Counted from the stretch's first letter, positions 8,589-17,592 are shown. The stretch: 24,000 nt of DNA from Desulforamulus ruminis DSM 2154 (GCF_000215085.1 NC_015589.1:2158120-2182119), one strand, 5' to 3'. The notes: generated by a model from the sequence alone, not told the origin. A program made the numbers and translations.

Positions 8589-9170
8589 TCAATCTTTACA
8601 GTTCCCTAATAAGTTTAAATTCCACAAATCCCTAAGACTTGTGCTAATGGCGCTAATCCCTTTATCCAATGCTTCATGGACATCTTCCTCGGTTTTTACC
8701 AAACCGCCGGCCAGGATGGGAATGGCTAAAGACTCCTGCAGCTCACTAATGACATACCCAGGCACGCTGGAAGGTAAAACTTCAATGGCATGGGGCTGTA
8801 CTTGACGGGCTACTTTAATGGCTGTCTTTAAGGATTCCGAGTCCACCACAAATATCCGCTGTACTGTCAACAAGCCTTCTTCCTTACCGATTTTAATAAG
8901 ATGAGACTTTGTTGTCACAATTCCTCTTAAGCCGAGCCTGGTTAGAAAATGAAGCCCCGGGCGATCTTTGCCCACCCCTTCAAAGAGATCGATGTGCACT
9001 AGCAGTAATTTGCCGGCTTCCCGGGATCTCTTAATTAAACTGGGTAAATAGTTGATATCCCCGTTTAGGGCAATAATTGCATCAATATTTTTATGCGCCA
9101 AGGCTTCAGGCAAATCCTTCAGTTTACGAATACAGGCAACAATTTTTTTGCTAAATAAAAGTTCTTCCAT
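8589..9170 (-). CDS. glpP: GlpP-family (glycerol-3-phosphate-responsive) antiterminator homologue
   Basis: The sequence has a G3P_antiterm-like pattern (IVACIRKLKDL...ALNGDINYLPSLI...LLVHIDLFEGVG...IPILAGGLVKTEEDVHEALDKGISAISTS..LW). I start it at ATG 9170 (GGAGG SD 6 nt upstream) rather than the GTG at 9191 used in the ORF track. Confidence 0.8.
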   Translation of the reverse strand: MEELLFSKKIVACIRKLKDLPEALAHKNIDAIIALNGDINYLPSLIKRSREAGKLLLVHIDLFEGVGKDRPGLHFLTRLGLRGIVTTKSHLIKIGKEEGLLTVQRIFVVDSESLKTAIKVARQVQPHAIEVLPSSVPGYVISELQESLAIPILAGGLVKTEEDVHEALDKGISAISTSLRDLWNLNLLGNCKD

Positions 9171-9265
9171 AACCCGCCTCCATAGAAACACCTACCACTT
9201 TGGCCACCTTGATGATCTTCTGCGTTGGCGGGGATTTTCCTTTAAAGAAAGTTTGGGATTGCTTG

Positions 9266-9309
9266 AAAAAAACAGACCGGCGGTAGCAATAAATTCACTA
9301 CTACCAGCC
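9266..9309 (-). terminator. Candidate terminator after the HD-domain gene
   Basis: On the minus strand, GGC(U)GGUAGU / 12-nt loop / GCUACCGCC, then GGUCUGUUUUUUU. Confidence 0.4.
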
Positions 9310-9426
9310 AGCCAGCTCCAAATTTCCCCGGTTAATTTTTTATCTTTAACCTATGCTTTAACGATTTATCCCAAAGTCTTTTTCCCCGCTGATGACAGTG
9401 AAAGAATGATATTGGGGCTGCCGGAG

Positions 9427-9930
9427 TTATGAAAGATACATGCTTTCCAGATAACTCCGGCCGGTTTTGGTTTTAAAATATTTTTCTTTAATGATTTCTA
9501 CTTGTTCCTGCCCCAGGTCCCCTTCAAAGATATTGACCAGAAAATCTGCCTCCACCAAAATCTGAAAATCCAGATCATCAATTTTGGTATAGGTATGATG
9601 ATTCCCAATCAAATAGCAAACCCGCTCAACAAAACTTTGACTCAAATTGAACTCCTGCAGAAACTCCCGGGCGATGGGGGGGCCTTCGAACTGTTGATAC
9701 TTTCCGGCTGTTGATGAATATTTTCTTTCACTCTCTTTAATCCCGATATCATGTAAAATAGAAGCTGCGTCTAAGATTTCAAGTTTTTCTCCGGTAAGCC
9801 CCTCTAACTCACCAATGCTTTTGGCCAGCGCATACACCTTAAGGGCATGGTTGATCCGTTTTACATCGGCCCCAAAATAGGCGATCATTTTTTTCATCAT
9901 ACTACTTGCCATCATTACCACAGACAACAC
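9427..9930 (-). CDS. HD-domain phosphohydrolase-like protein
   Basis: 167 aa with H...HD...H signatures (RINHALKV, ILHDIG, IGNHH). The start codon is uncertain because there are several in-frame Met/GTG codons and no strong SD. Confidence 0.75.
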   Translation of the reverse strand: MLSVVMMASSMMKKMIAYFGADVKRINHALKVYALAKSIGELEGLTGEKLEILDAASILHDIGIKESERKYSSTAGKYQQFEGPPIAREFLQEFNLSQSFVERVCYLIGNHHTYTKIDDLDFQILVEADFLVNIFEGDLGQEQVEIIKEKYFKTKTGRSYLESMYLS

Positions 9931-10067
9931 CTCAATACTTTTTTATTCTGGACCAGAAATATCAATAAACCCTTTTCTTCACCATTCTTATCATATCATA
10001 AGATACTTTCTTTCATGAATAGGAACTGCGTTGCTTCTTAAAGGGTTGATCAGGACAAGATTCTTGT

Positions 10068-10104
10068 TTGACATAAATTGGATGCCATGATAATAATATT
10101 ATTA
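10068..10104 (+). promoter_or_regulatory. Candidate promoter (TTGACA-17-TAATAA) with an overlapping 14-bp perfect palindrome
   Basis: TTGACA at 10068-10073 and TAATAA at 10091-10096. The palindrome TAATAATATTATTA at 10091-10104 overlaps the -10 box. It lies ~160 nt upstream of the permease operon. Confidence 0.4.
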
Positions 10105-10260
10105 GATCATAATTATTCTTAATAAAAAGAGTTACTTCAAAGGCTAAACCTGCTCAAAAAACATTTAAAATTTTTGCCTGCTTTATTAATTTTAAGTATA
10201 TCAACTGAATAATGAATATAAACAACTTTCCAATTTAAGGAATAAAGGAGTTTTTAAAAC

Positions 10261-11307
10261 ATGTTGCGGTCTGCTGTCTACAAGGGACGTAGTATCACTT
10301 TTCTCCTGCTGCTTCTGATCGTCATCAATCTTATGGCGGTTTTTGCCGCCCAGCTTCAACGGATACCGGGGGGTTTTTTCCAGGAATTGAGCCAGGGGGC
10401 TTTCGGTAATTTACAGGTCATCTTTTTTAGCATCATTATTGAGGCGCTCCCCTTTGTTATTCTGGGGGTGTTAGGTTCAACTCTTTTAGAGGTGTTTGTC
10501 TCACCGGAACTGATTCAGCGGCTGCTGCCCCGCACCTGGTTTCTGGGCATTATGGTTTCCGGTTTACTGGGGTTTTTATTTCCCTTTTGCGAATGCGGCC
10601 TGGTGCCCATCGTAAAGCGATTAATGGAAAAAGGTGTGCCCGCCCCTCTGGCCACCGTCTTTTTATTGACCGCTCCGGTGGTTAACCCGGTGGTTGGCAT
10701 GGCCACTCATTTTGCTTTTATGAGACAACCTGAATTTGTCTTATGGCGTTTGGGAGGAGCTTATCTTTTAGCCATAACGGTCGGGTTTCTGCTTCTCCGC
10801 CACTGGTCTGAGAGGCTGCCGCTGAAACCAGGGACGGGCTATTATTGTGGCTGCGGATTCTCCCACGGTAATGAATTAAACCGTTCCTTCGGGGGAAAAA
10901 TCCGCCGCGTCTTTGCTCACAGTCAGGAAGAATTCTTCGGAATTGTGTACTATCTCATCATTGGAGCTTTTTTAGCATCAGCCTCCCAGGTATTCCTGCC
11001 CAGGGAATGGCTTACTCAAGCCGGTTCTCACGCCACAGGCTCGGTGGGCGTCATGATGAGCATGGCCTTTCTGCTCTCCCTCTGTTCCGGAGCCGACGCC
11101 TTTGTGGCCAATACTTTTGTCAATACTTTTACCCCGGGGTCTATTCTGGCTTTTATGATTTTTGGACCCATGGTGGATTTAAAGAATTTACTCATGATGC
11201 TGGCGGTATTTAAAAAGAGATTTGTTATAACTCTGGTTTTTTGGGTTGCCACCCTATCCTTTTTACTGGGGGTTGCCATTAATAAAACGGCGGTGATGAT
11301 CCGATGA
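10261..11307 (+). CDS. COG0701/PF03773-type multi-pass permease
   Basis: 348 aa and highly hydrophobic, with a FPFCECGLVPI motif and a later LCSGADAF motif typical of this family. AAGGAG SD. Confidence 0.8.
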   Translation: MLRSAVYKGRSITFLLLLLIVINLMAVFAAQLQRIPGGFFQELSQGAFGNLQVIFFSIIIEALPFVILGVLGSTLLEVFVSPELIQRLLPRTWFLGIMVSGLLGFLFPFCECGLVPIVKRLMEKGVPAPLATVFLLTAPVVNPVVGMATHFAFMRQPEFVLWRLGGAYLLAITVGFLLLRHWSERLPLKPGTGYYCGCGFSHGNELNRSFGGKIRRVFAHSQEEFFGIVYYLIIGAFLASASQVFLPREWLTQAGSHATGSVGVMMSMAFLLSLCSGADAFVANTFVNTFTPGSILAFMIFGPMVDLKNLLMMLAVFKKRFVITLVFWVATLSFLLGVAINKTAVMIR

Positions 11308-12143
11308 ATTCCTTATTCCGGTTAACCTCTTTGCTGATGTTGAGCTACACTTTGTTTAACTTATTAAGTACAGGCCAAATATCCCTTTACATTAATCCGC
11401 GCTTTATCCCATTGACCAAGTTTTCCCTGGCCTTTTTGCTGCTGCTGTCCCTTTTCAGCCTGTTGCAATGGATCTCCCTGTGGTACAGCAAAGGACGCCG
11501 CGGGTCATTAAAAATAGCTACGCTGATTATCTGGCTGGCCTTTTTAATGCCCCTGGTTTTCCCTCCAAAGATGATGGATAGTTCCATGGCCGGTCAAAAG
11601 GGGATGATGTCCTATCAGCAGAAGGCACAAGAACAAAAGCCCTCTGCTAATAATGACGACAACAAGGATTTCCAGGAATCGACGGACCCTTCTATTAAAG
11701 AACCGGAAACCATGCCGTCCGCTCCTCAGGGAGATCAGAATCCGGCAACTCCGGATCAGACCCAGGCGCCTCCGGCTAACCTTCCCGGAAACAATGATCC
11801 GATTATCCGGTTTACCTCGGAAAATTATGTAGAACTTCTGGATGACATGTATAATCATCCAGCTCAGTATTTGGGGAAGGAGTTGGAGGTGGACGGTTTT
11901 ATTTTCCATCCCGAAGGGCTGGAAGCAAGCCATTATCTGATCGCCCGGTATGCCATTGCCTGCTGTGTGGCCGATGCGGTAACGGTGGGATTTGTGGCCG
12001 ATGGAGAGGCCCCCTGCTCTGATAATACCTGGGTAAAGGTGCGTGGAAAATTAACTGCTCTGGATGATAAAGGACCCCGACTGAAGGTGACGGATTGGGA
12101 GGAGATTCCCCTTCCTCCAGACCCCTATATCTATGCCTATTAA
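11304..12143 (+). CDS. TIGR03943/DUF1980-family putative permease subunit
   Basis: Its start overlaps the permease stop (ATGA). It has two or three N-terminal TM helices, a Pro/Gln/Asp-rich linker, and a C-terminal domain with the family-typical ARYAIACCVADA motif. Confidence 0.75.
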   Translation: MNSLFRLTSLLMLSYTLFNLLSTGQISLYINPRFIPLTKFSLAFLLLLSLFSLLQWISLWYSKGRRGSLKIATLIIWLAFLMPLVFPPKMMDSSMAGQKGMMSYQQKAQEQKPSANNDDNKDFQESTDPSIKEPETMPSAPQGDQNPATPDQTQAPPANLPGNNDPIIRFTSENYVELLDDMYNHPAQYLGKELEVDGFIFHPEGLEASHYLIARYAIACCVADAVTVGFVADGEAPCSDNTWVKVRGKLTALDDKGPRLKVTDWEEIPLPPDPYIYAY

Positions 12144-12189
12144 AAAAGCAACCAAAGGATTTTCCTGAGGATCGAGAGGATTCAATGAT

Positions 12190-12816
12190 ATGAGAGTTGT
12201 GGATGTGGTACAGGGATTTCTCGGATCGGGAAAAACCACTTTGATTGATCACCTGATTCGAGAGGTTTTTACCAAGGAAAAAATTCTTGTCCTGCAAACC
12301 GAATGGGGAGACTTTCAACTGCCTGATTACGGCTCCCGGGTAAAGGTCTGTTCTTGGGATTGGGAAAAGGGTTTTCCCCCGGTTGAAATGCAAAAGCTCA
12401 TTTGTACCCCGGGGGTGCAACGGGTAATTATTGAAGTGAACGGCATGTCCCCGGGGCAAAAATTATTGGAGACACTGGAAATCTTGAGGGCCAAGGGAGA
12501 AATATCCCTGGGCGCCTCGCTGGCCGTCTTTCACGGCCCCACCTGGCAGACCATGGGAAAACCTCTGGAAGAATTATTCCGCTCCATGGCCTTGACCAGT
12601 CATGGTTTTTGGATCAGGGAAGGAACCGTTGACCTCCACCGTTGGATCATGAATGTCCAACCCAAAGGATGCCTGACTTCGGGGGACGAATGGTCAGCCT
12701 GGTATCGGCACGTCATCCGCTCAACTCGATTAAAGGGGTTGGCCAAGATCGCTTGGACCGCCGGAATCATCATGGCAATGTATTTATTCTACTGGCTTTT
12801 GTTTGGAAAAATATAA
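12190..12816 (+). CDS. Degenerate, short CobW/COG0523-like P-loop protein with a C-terminal TM helix
   Basis: Walker A GFLGSGKTTL near the N-terminus, as in COG0523. There is no CxCC motif, no NKxD motif and no CobW_C domain. The C-terminus IAWTAGIIMAMYLFYWLLFG is hydrophobic. Confidence 0.6.
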   Translation: MRVVDVVQGFLGSGKTTLIDHLIREVFTKEKILVLQTEWGDFQLPDYGSRVKVCSWDWEKGFPPVEMQKLICTPGVQRVIIEVNGMSPGQKLLETLEILRAKGEISLGASLAVFHGPTWQTMGKPLEELFRSMALTSHGFWIREGTVDLHRWIMNVQPKGCLTSGDEWSAWYRHVIRSTRLKGLAKIAWTAGIIMAMYLFYWLLFGKI

Positions 12817-12827
12817 GGGCAAAATAC

Positions 12828-12862
12828 AAAGCCGGATTAGGCCGTAGAAAAAATCCGGCTTT
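12828..12862. terminator. Bidirectional terminator between the convergent CobW-like gene and pflA
   Basis: Perfect 11-bp stem AAAGCCGGATT/AATCCGGCTTT (12828-12838/12852-12862) with U-rich sequence on both sides. It overlaps the last codons of pflA. Confidence 0.7.
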
Positions 12863-13592
12863 GTTTCATTTCCTCATGCAGCCGCTGCATAGCGTCCTCT
12901 GTTGGCGGACTCAGGTGGCCCAGTGTATAGACCAAGTTGAGTTTTTGCCACTTATGAACCCCCAGTGGGTGATAAGGCAGCAGCTCCACCTTCTCCACTT
13001 GGTTCTCCAGGGCATGCACAAATTTTTTTAATTTTTGCATGTGCAGGGCCGAATCATTGATGCCCGGTAAAACCACATACCGTAACCACAGGGGCACTTT
13101 GCTTGCTTTGATGTATTCCAGGGCCAAAGAAAAGGGCTCTTGGGGTTTGCCTGTGATCCATTGATACAGGGGGCTGTCCAAAGCCTTTATGTCCAGAAGC
13201 AGTAAATCGGTAAAGGGCAGCACCTTTTCCAGTGCCCGTCTATCAACCCAACCCGAGGTATCGATGGCCGTGTGTACACCTGCATTTTGGCAGCACTGTA
13301 ATATTTCAGCGGCAAATTCCGGCTGCAGCAGGGGTTCCCCTCCGGACAAAGTGATTCCGCCCTGGTGCTTAAAGTAGGGTTTAAACCGAAGAACCTTGCT
13401 GATAATTTCGGCGGAATCGATCTTCTGCCCGCCTTTTGGGTTCCATGTGTCCGGATTGTGGCAATAGCGGCATCGCAAAAGGCAGCCCTGAAAAAAAATC
13501 ACACAGCGCAGTCCCGGTCCATCCACAGTACCACAGCTTTCAATGGAATGAATCCTCCCCTTCACCTTTTCCCCTCCCCAATATCCAGTCAT
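12837..13592 (-). CDS. pflA: Pyruvate formate-lyase activating enzyme (radical SAM)
   Basis: GRIHSIESCGTVDGPGLRCVIFFQGCLLRCRYCHNPDTW contains the CX3CX2C cluster motif. An alternative, better-supported start is the GTG at 13565 (GGAGGGG SD 7 nt upstream), which gives MKGRIHS. Confidence 0.93.
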   Translation of the reverse strand: MTGYWGGEKVKGRIHSIESCGTVDGPGLRCVIFFQGCLLRCRYCHNPDTWNPKGGQKIDSAEIISKVLRFKPYFKHQGGITLSGGEPLLQPEFAAEILQCCQNAGVHTAIDTSGWVDRRALEKVLPFTDLLLLDIKALDSPLYQWITGKPQEPFSLALEYIKASKVPLWLRYVVLPGINDSALHMQKLKKFVHALENQVEKVELLPYHPLGVHKWQKLNLVYTLGHLSPPTEDAMQRLHEEMKQSRIFSTA

Positions 13593-13633
13593 CCTAAAGT
13601 CTTAGATCCTTTTGTTTCGCGCGATTAGTTCGT

Positions 13634-14020
13634 TCAATGCCTTTCCCCTTGCTGGGTAAAAGACCGTTCAGCATTTGAAGAATTAGCCGCTTCGCTTCCA
13701 TGCCCCGGTCCAAAAAGGTTTAAGACCACCACACCGATGACAATAAGAGAAATTCCCATCACACTGCCGATATTTATTTTCTCTTTCCAAATGAGTATGG
13801 ATATGACCACGGTAGCCACCGTGCCAACGCCGGACCAGATGGCATAAGCGGTATTCAGCGGTATGGTCTTGAGCGACAATGATAAAAAGAAAAAGGAACA
13901 GGTAAAGCTGATCACTGTCGCTAGGACCGGGAGCAACCGGGTAAATCCTTGGGATGCTTTGAGCATAGAGGTGCCAAAAAGCTCACTCATGATAGAAATG
14001 GCTAAGAATAAATAAGCCAT
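13634..14020 (-). CDS. Small multidrug resistance (SMR, EmrE/Qac-like) transporter
   Basis: 128 aa with 4 TM helices, a conserved membrane Glu in SELFGTSMLK, and an AYAIWSGVG motif. The start overlaps the tetR stop (TAATG). Confidence 0.9.
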   Translation of the reverse strand: MAYLFLAISIMSELFGTSMLKASQGFTRLLPVLATVISFTCSFFFLSLSLKTIPLNTAYAIWSGVGTVATVVISILIWKEKINIGSVMGISLIVIGVVVLNLFGPGHGSEAANSSNAERSFTQQGERH

Positions 14021-14574
14021 TATTCATCCTCCCCCTTTAGCCAATTCATCAGTTCATGAAAAACACGTTCTCTAAGTTTTTGATCTAAAGGGGATAATCC
14101 AAACACCTCCGAAAACCATAAACCGTCCGCGGTAAGCCTGGCAATACTGGCGCGAACCGGATTGATTCCGTCATTTTCTATGTTTCTTTGCCAAATGCCA
14201 TATTGTGTTTGCATTTCTTCCAGTAATTTCGGGTTTGTAAAAAGAACTGCCGAAAGAGCCGAACTCATAGGAAAGCCGTCTTCTAAGCCGCTAAAAGTTG
14301 ATTCCACATAGGCCCGGCTCCATTTTCCCTTGGCTCGACTGTCATTGGTTACTCTTTCTTGAATATCCGCCGCATAATTACTGTTTAACTCTTCTACCAT
14401 GCCTGTAATCAGAGCCTCTTTACTGGGAAAGTGATATAACAAGCCGCCTTTACTGAGTCCGGCTTCTTTCGCCACTGCTTCCAGGGTTAATCGTTCTAAG
14501 CCTTGATTGCGAATAATGTCGGAAGCAGCCGTTAATATACGCGCACGTGCCGATGTCCTGTTATCTGAACTCAC
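14020..14574 (-). CDS. TetR/AcrR-family transcriptional regulator
   Basis: 184 aa. The N-terminal HTH (LTLEAVAKEAGLSKGGLLYHFPSKEAL) is typical of TetR_N. GTG start with a GGGGGAG SD. Confidence 0.9.
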   Translation of the reverse strand: MSSDNRTSARARILTAASDIIRNQGLERLTLEAVAKEAGLSKGGLLYHFPSKEALITGMVEELNSNYAADIQERVTNDSRAKGKWSRAYVESTFSGLEDGFPMSSALSAVLFTNPKLLEEMQTQYGIWQRNIENDGINPVRASIARLTADGLWFSEVFGLSPLDQKLRERVFHELMNWLKGEDE

Positions 14575-14595
14575 TGGATCTCCCCCTTTTACTCA

Positions 14596-14624
14596 ACTAT
14601 ACCGTCCAGACGGTATAGTGTCAA
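14596..14624 (-). promoter_or_regulatory. tetR-smr promoter with an embedded 24-bp perfect palindromic operator
   Basis: On the minus strand, TTGACA (14624-14619), a 17-nt spacer, and TATAGT (14601-14596). The palindrome ACTATACCGTC-nn-GACGGTATAGT spans 14596-14619. Confidence 0.7.
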
Positions 14625-14699
14625 GTATAATGAGTGATCCTGGAATTACACGCGTCTAGGAACATGGACTGCCCGTGAAGTCATTTTATATTTTATTGG

Positions 14700-16931
14700 T
14701 TAAAATCTTTCAAAGAAGGTCCTCCGGATCACTTCCAGTTGGTGTTCTCTGGAGAGCCGGGTAAAATGGACCGCGTAACCGGAAACCCGAACGGTTAATT
14801 GAGGATAATTTTCCGGCTCCTCCATGGCCTTTTCCAGCATTTTGCGGTGCAGCACGTTTACATTTAGATGGTGCGCCCGTTGTTCAAAATAACCATCCAG
14901 GATATGGACCAAATGATTAACCCGGTCCTCCGGTTCCCGGCCCAGGGCGGTGGGAATAATGGAGAAGGTATTGCTGATACCGTCCAGGCAGGCTTCATAG
15001 GGCAGCTTGGCCACCGAGTTTAAGCTGGCCAGGGCGCCGTGGGTGTCCCTGCCGTGCATGGGATTGGCTCCCGGGGCAAAGGGGCTGCCCTTTGGACGTC
15101 CGTCGGGAGTTGCCCCGGTTTTTTTACCATACATCACATTGGAGGTAATGGTAAGGATGGACAGGGTATGCCTGGCCTGGCGGTAGGTGTCGTATTTCTT
15201 TAAATTATCACTAAAGCCCCGTACCAGCTCAACGGCGATGTCGTCCACCCGGTCGTCATCGTTGCCGTACTTGGGAAACTCACCTTCAATGCGGTAATTA
15301 ACCGCCATTCCTTCCTCGTTCCGGATGGGATAAACTTGGGCATATTTGATGGCACTGAAGGAATCCGCCGCCACCGATAAACCGGCAGCCCCAAAGGCCA
15401 TCAGCCGTTCAACCCGGCTGTCGTGCAAGGCGGTTTGAATTTTCTCGTAGGCGTATTTGTCATGCATGCAATGGATGATATTCAAAGTGTTTACATAAAG
15501 TCTGCATAGCCAATCTTGCAAGATGAGAAAATTCTTTTTCACCTGGTGATAATCCACGACTTCACCGTCCAAAGGAGGAATTTCAGGCGCCAACTGTTTC
15601 CCGGTTATCTCATCCCTTCCCCCGTTGATGGCCAGCAGCAGAAGTTTGGCTAAATTGACTCTGGCGCCAAAAAATTGCAGTTGTTTACCAATTTTCATAG
15701 CGGATACACAGCAGGCAATGCCATAATCATCGCCATAAAACGCCCGCATTAAGTCGTCATTCTCATACTGAATGGAGCTGGTTTGAATGGAAATGGCCGC
15801 GCAAAAATCCTTAAAGGCTTGGGGCAGGTCTTTGGACCACAACACCGTTAAATTGGGCTCGGGAGCCGGTCCCAGGTTTATCAGGGTATGCAAAAAACGA
15901 TAAGAGTTTTTGGTAACCAGAGTCCTGCCGTCCAGCCCCATGCCGCCAATGGCTTCGGTAATCCATAGGGGATCTCCGGCGAAAAATTTATCGTATTCCG
16001 GAGTTCTTAACTGCCTGGCCAATCTTAGTTTAATGACCAATTGGTCCACCAGTTCCTGAGCTTCCGTCTCGGTTAAAAGACCGGCCGCCAGATCCCTTTC
16101 AATATAAATATCCAGAAAGGTACTAATGCGTCCCAGGGACATGGCCGCACCGTTTTGCTCTTTGATGGCTCCCAGATAAGCAAAGTACAGCCACTGAAAG
16201 GCTTCCCTGGCATTGGCAGCCGGTTCACTCAGGTTAAAGCCGTAGGCAGAGGCCATCTCCATTAACAGCCGTAAAGCTTTTATCTGTTCTCTGATTTCTT
16301 CCCTTAGGACAATAGCTTCCTGGGTCATGGCCAAAAAGGCCATGTTTTCCAGATCTTTCTCCTTCTCTTCGATGAGCCGGGTTACCCCATATAAGGCCAC
16401 TCTGCGGTAATCCCCGATAATGCGGCCCCGTCCATAGGCATCGGGTAAGCCGGTAATAATGCCCAGACTTCTGGCCTTGCGCATTTCAGAGGTATAGGTA
16501 TCAAAGACCCCGTCGTTATGGGTCTTTTTATATTTAACAAAAAAATCCTCCAACTGCGGGTCCAGGGTATAGCCGTAGGCTTTACAGGCTTCTTTGGCCA
16601 TCCGCAGTCCCCCAAAGGGATTTACGGCTCTTTCCAGGGGTTTTTCGGTCTGCAGGCCCAGGATGATTTCCAGGTTTTGATCAATAAAGCCGGGGCCATA
16701 GGCATTGATTCCGGTTGCCCGGGAAGTATCAATACTTAAAACCCCTCCTTTATTTCTTTCTTCCCGAAAGAGAGCCAGACATTTCTGCCATAATTTTTGC
16801 GTTTTCTCTGTTTCCCGGCAGAGAAATTCCTCTCCACCGCTATAAGGGGTGTAATTGTTTTGGATAAAATCCCGGACATTCACTTCCAGCCGCCATTTTT
16901 CACCCTGAAAACCGGCCCATGCTTGTCTCAC
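14700..16931 (-). CDS. pflB: Pyruvate formate-lyase (formate C-acetyltransferase)
   Basis: Active site GIACCVSAM and glycyl radical motif [10 protein letters not shown] place the start at the GTG at 16931 (AAAGGGGATAGGAG upstream), giving [13 protein letters not shown]. The track ATG at 16976 lies inside the upstream terminator stem. Confidence 0.95.
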   Translation of the reverse strand: MRQAWAGFQGEKWRLEVNVRDFIQNNYTPYSGGEEFLCRETEKTQKLWQKCLALFREERNKGGVLSIDTSRATGINAYGPGFIDQNLEIILGLQTEKPLERAVNPFGGLRMAKEACKAYGYTLDPQLEDFFVKYKKTHNDGVFDTYTSEMRKARSLGIITGLPDAYGRGRIIGDYRRVALYGVTRLIEEKEKDLENMAFLAMTQEAIVLREEIREQIKALRLLMEMASAYGFNLSEPAANAREAFQWLYFAYLGAIKEQNGAAMSLGRISTFLDIYIERDLAAGLLTETEAQELVDQLVIKLRLARQLRTPEYDKFFAGDPLWITEAIGGMGLDGRTLVTKNSYRFLHTLINLGPAPEPNLTVLWSKDLPQAFKDFCAAISIQTSSIQYENDDLMRAFYGDDYGIACCVSAMKIGKQLQFFGARVNLAKLLLLAINGGRDEITGKQLAPEIPPLDGEVVDYHQVKKNFLILQDWLCRLYVNTLNIIHCMHDKYAYEKIQTALHDSRVERLMAFGAAGLSVAADSFSAIKYAQVYPIRNEEGMAVNYRIEGEFPKYGNDDDRVDDIAVELVRGFSDNLKKYDTYRQARHTLSILTITSNVMYGKKTGATPDGRPKGSPFAPGANPMHGRDTHGALASLNSVAKLPYEACLDGISNTFSIIPTALGREPEDRVNHLVHILDGYFEQRAHHLNVNVLHRKMLEKAMEEPENYPQLTVRVSGYAVHFTRLSREHQLEVIRRTFFERF

Positions 16932-16950
16932 TTCTCCTATCCCCTTTCTT

Positions 16951-17014
16951 AAAAAAACAAAAGACCGCCTGGGCAATCACATCGTACCATGTACGGTGAA
17001 TTGCCCAGGCGGTC
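16951..17014 (-). terminator. Intrinsic terminator forming the expression platform of the ZTP riboswitch
   Basis: Perfect 15-bp arms GACCGCCTGGGCAAT (16963-16977) and ATTGCCCAGGCGGTC (17000-17014), followed on the minus strand by UUUUGUUUUUUU (16962-16951). Confidence 0.85.
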
Positions 17015-17082
17015 GGCTTTACAACAGTTACAATCCTCTGTGGTATACTCCACATTTCTTCCGCCAGTCATGTAACTGCCAA
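17000..17082 (-). promoter_or_regulatory. ZTP riboswitch aptamer (pfl RNA motif)
   Basis: On the minus strand: P1 CAGUUACA...UGUAACUG, a junction UGACUGGCGG, hairpin UGUGG-AGUAUA-CCACA, then a linker and CCGACCGCCUGGGCA. ACUGGCG and CCGCCUGGGCA are the conserved blocks I recall for the pfl/ZTP class. The 3' block is also the 5' arm of the terminator, which is the ON-switch logic. Confidence 0.8.
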
Positions 17083-17099
17083 TATTCTATTACCATCTC

Positions 17100-17128
17100 A
17101 TTATAATTATAATCCGGTCTTTTGGCAA
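17100..17128 (-). promoter_or_regulatory. pflB promoter (TTGCCA-17-TATAAT)
   Basis: On the minus strand, TTGCCA at 17128-17123, a 17-nt spacer, and TATAAT at 17105-17100, immediately upstream of the riboswitch. Confidence 0.7.
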
Positions 17129-17151
17129 TGACCATTTAAAGAAAATAATTC

Positions 17152-17514
17152 CTATTGATCGTGGTGCTTATGGTGCAGTAATGACGCCTCAATGATGGTC
17201 TTTACACATTCGTCGTCCAGCGTATAAAATACCATCTTTCCTTGTTTGCGATGTTTCGCCAGGCCAATGTTCTTTAATAAGCGCAGATGATGGGAAGCTA
17301 CCGGTACCGTTGAGCCAATAATGGCCGCCACATCGCAAACGCAAAGTTCTTCCTGGGAGAGAGCGTAAATAATCTTTATACGCGTATCATCCGCCAGGGC
17401 TTTAAAAATCTCCGCCAATCCTTCGGTAATCTTTACCTCGCCCCTCAAACGGTTTACTTTCTCTTCGTTAAAACAAAAGGTTTCACAAGTGTCCTGCTGC
17501 TTTGCCCGGTCCAC
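17152..17514 (-). CDS. ArsR/SmtB-family metalloregulator, CadC-like
   Basis: 120 aa. It has ELCVCDVAAI (alpha3 CVC site), an N-terminal CETFC pair, the HTH SHHLRLLKNIGL, and a His-rich C-terminus LLHHKHHDQ. GTG start with a GGAGG SD. Confidence 0.9.
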   Translation of the reverse strand: MDRAKQQDTCETFCFNEEKVNRLRGEVKITEGLAEIFKALADDTRIKIIYALSQEELCVCDVAAIIGSTVPVASHHLRLLKNIGLAKHRKQGKMVFYTLDDECVKTIIEASLLHHKHHDQ

Positions 17515-17564
17515 TTCATCACCTCCAAAAGGAATTCCCTTTATCCTGAAATCAATGGATTGGC

Positions 17565-17592
17565 TTACATCACTATATTACTATGGTATAAT
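17565..17592 (+). promoter_or_regulatory. Orphan extended -10 promoter, divergent from the arsR-family gene
   Basis: TTACAT at 17565-17570, a 16-nt spacer, and TGgTATAAT with TATAAT at 17587-17592. It overlaps the imperfect inverted repeat ACTATATTACTA/TGGTATAATACT. No convincing ORF lies downstream. Confidence 0.4.

Noticed and set aside
10088-10104. Canonical Fur/Zur/PerR box upstream of the permease operon
   Set aside because: The left half TGATAAT fits a Fur half-site, but the right half does not. The perfect palindrome is 7-0-7 rather than the 7-1-7 layout of Fur-family boxes. I therefore keep it only as a generic AT-rich palindrome.
11899-12459. 186-aa minus-strand ORF spanning the DUF1980/CobW-like junction, together with ORF 11544-11933
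   Set aside because: They are antisense to two motif-supported, translationally organised plus-strand genes. They have no SD, and their composition looks like reverse-frame artefacts.
16932-16976. N-terminal extension of pflB ([15 protein letters not shown]) from the track ATG
   Set aside because: The ATG lies within the 15-bp terminator stem of the riboswitch platform. The GTG at 16931 has an SD and yields the conserved PflB N-terminus.
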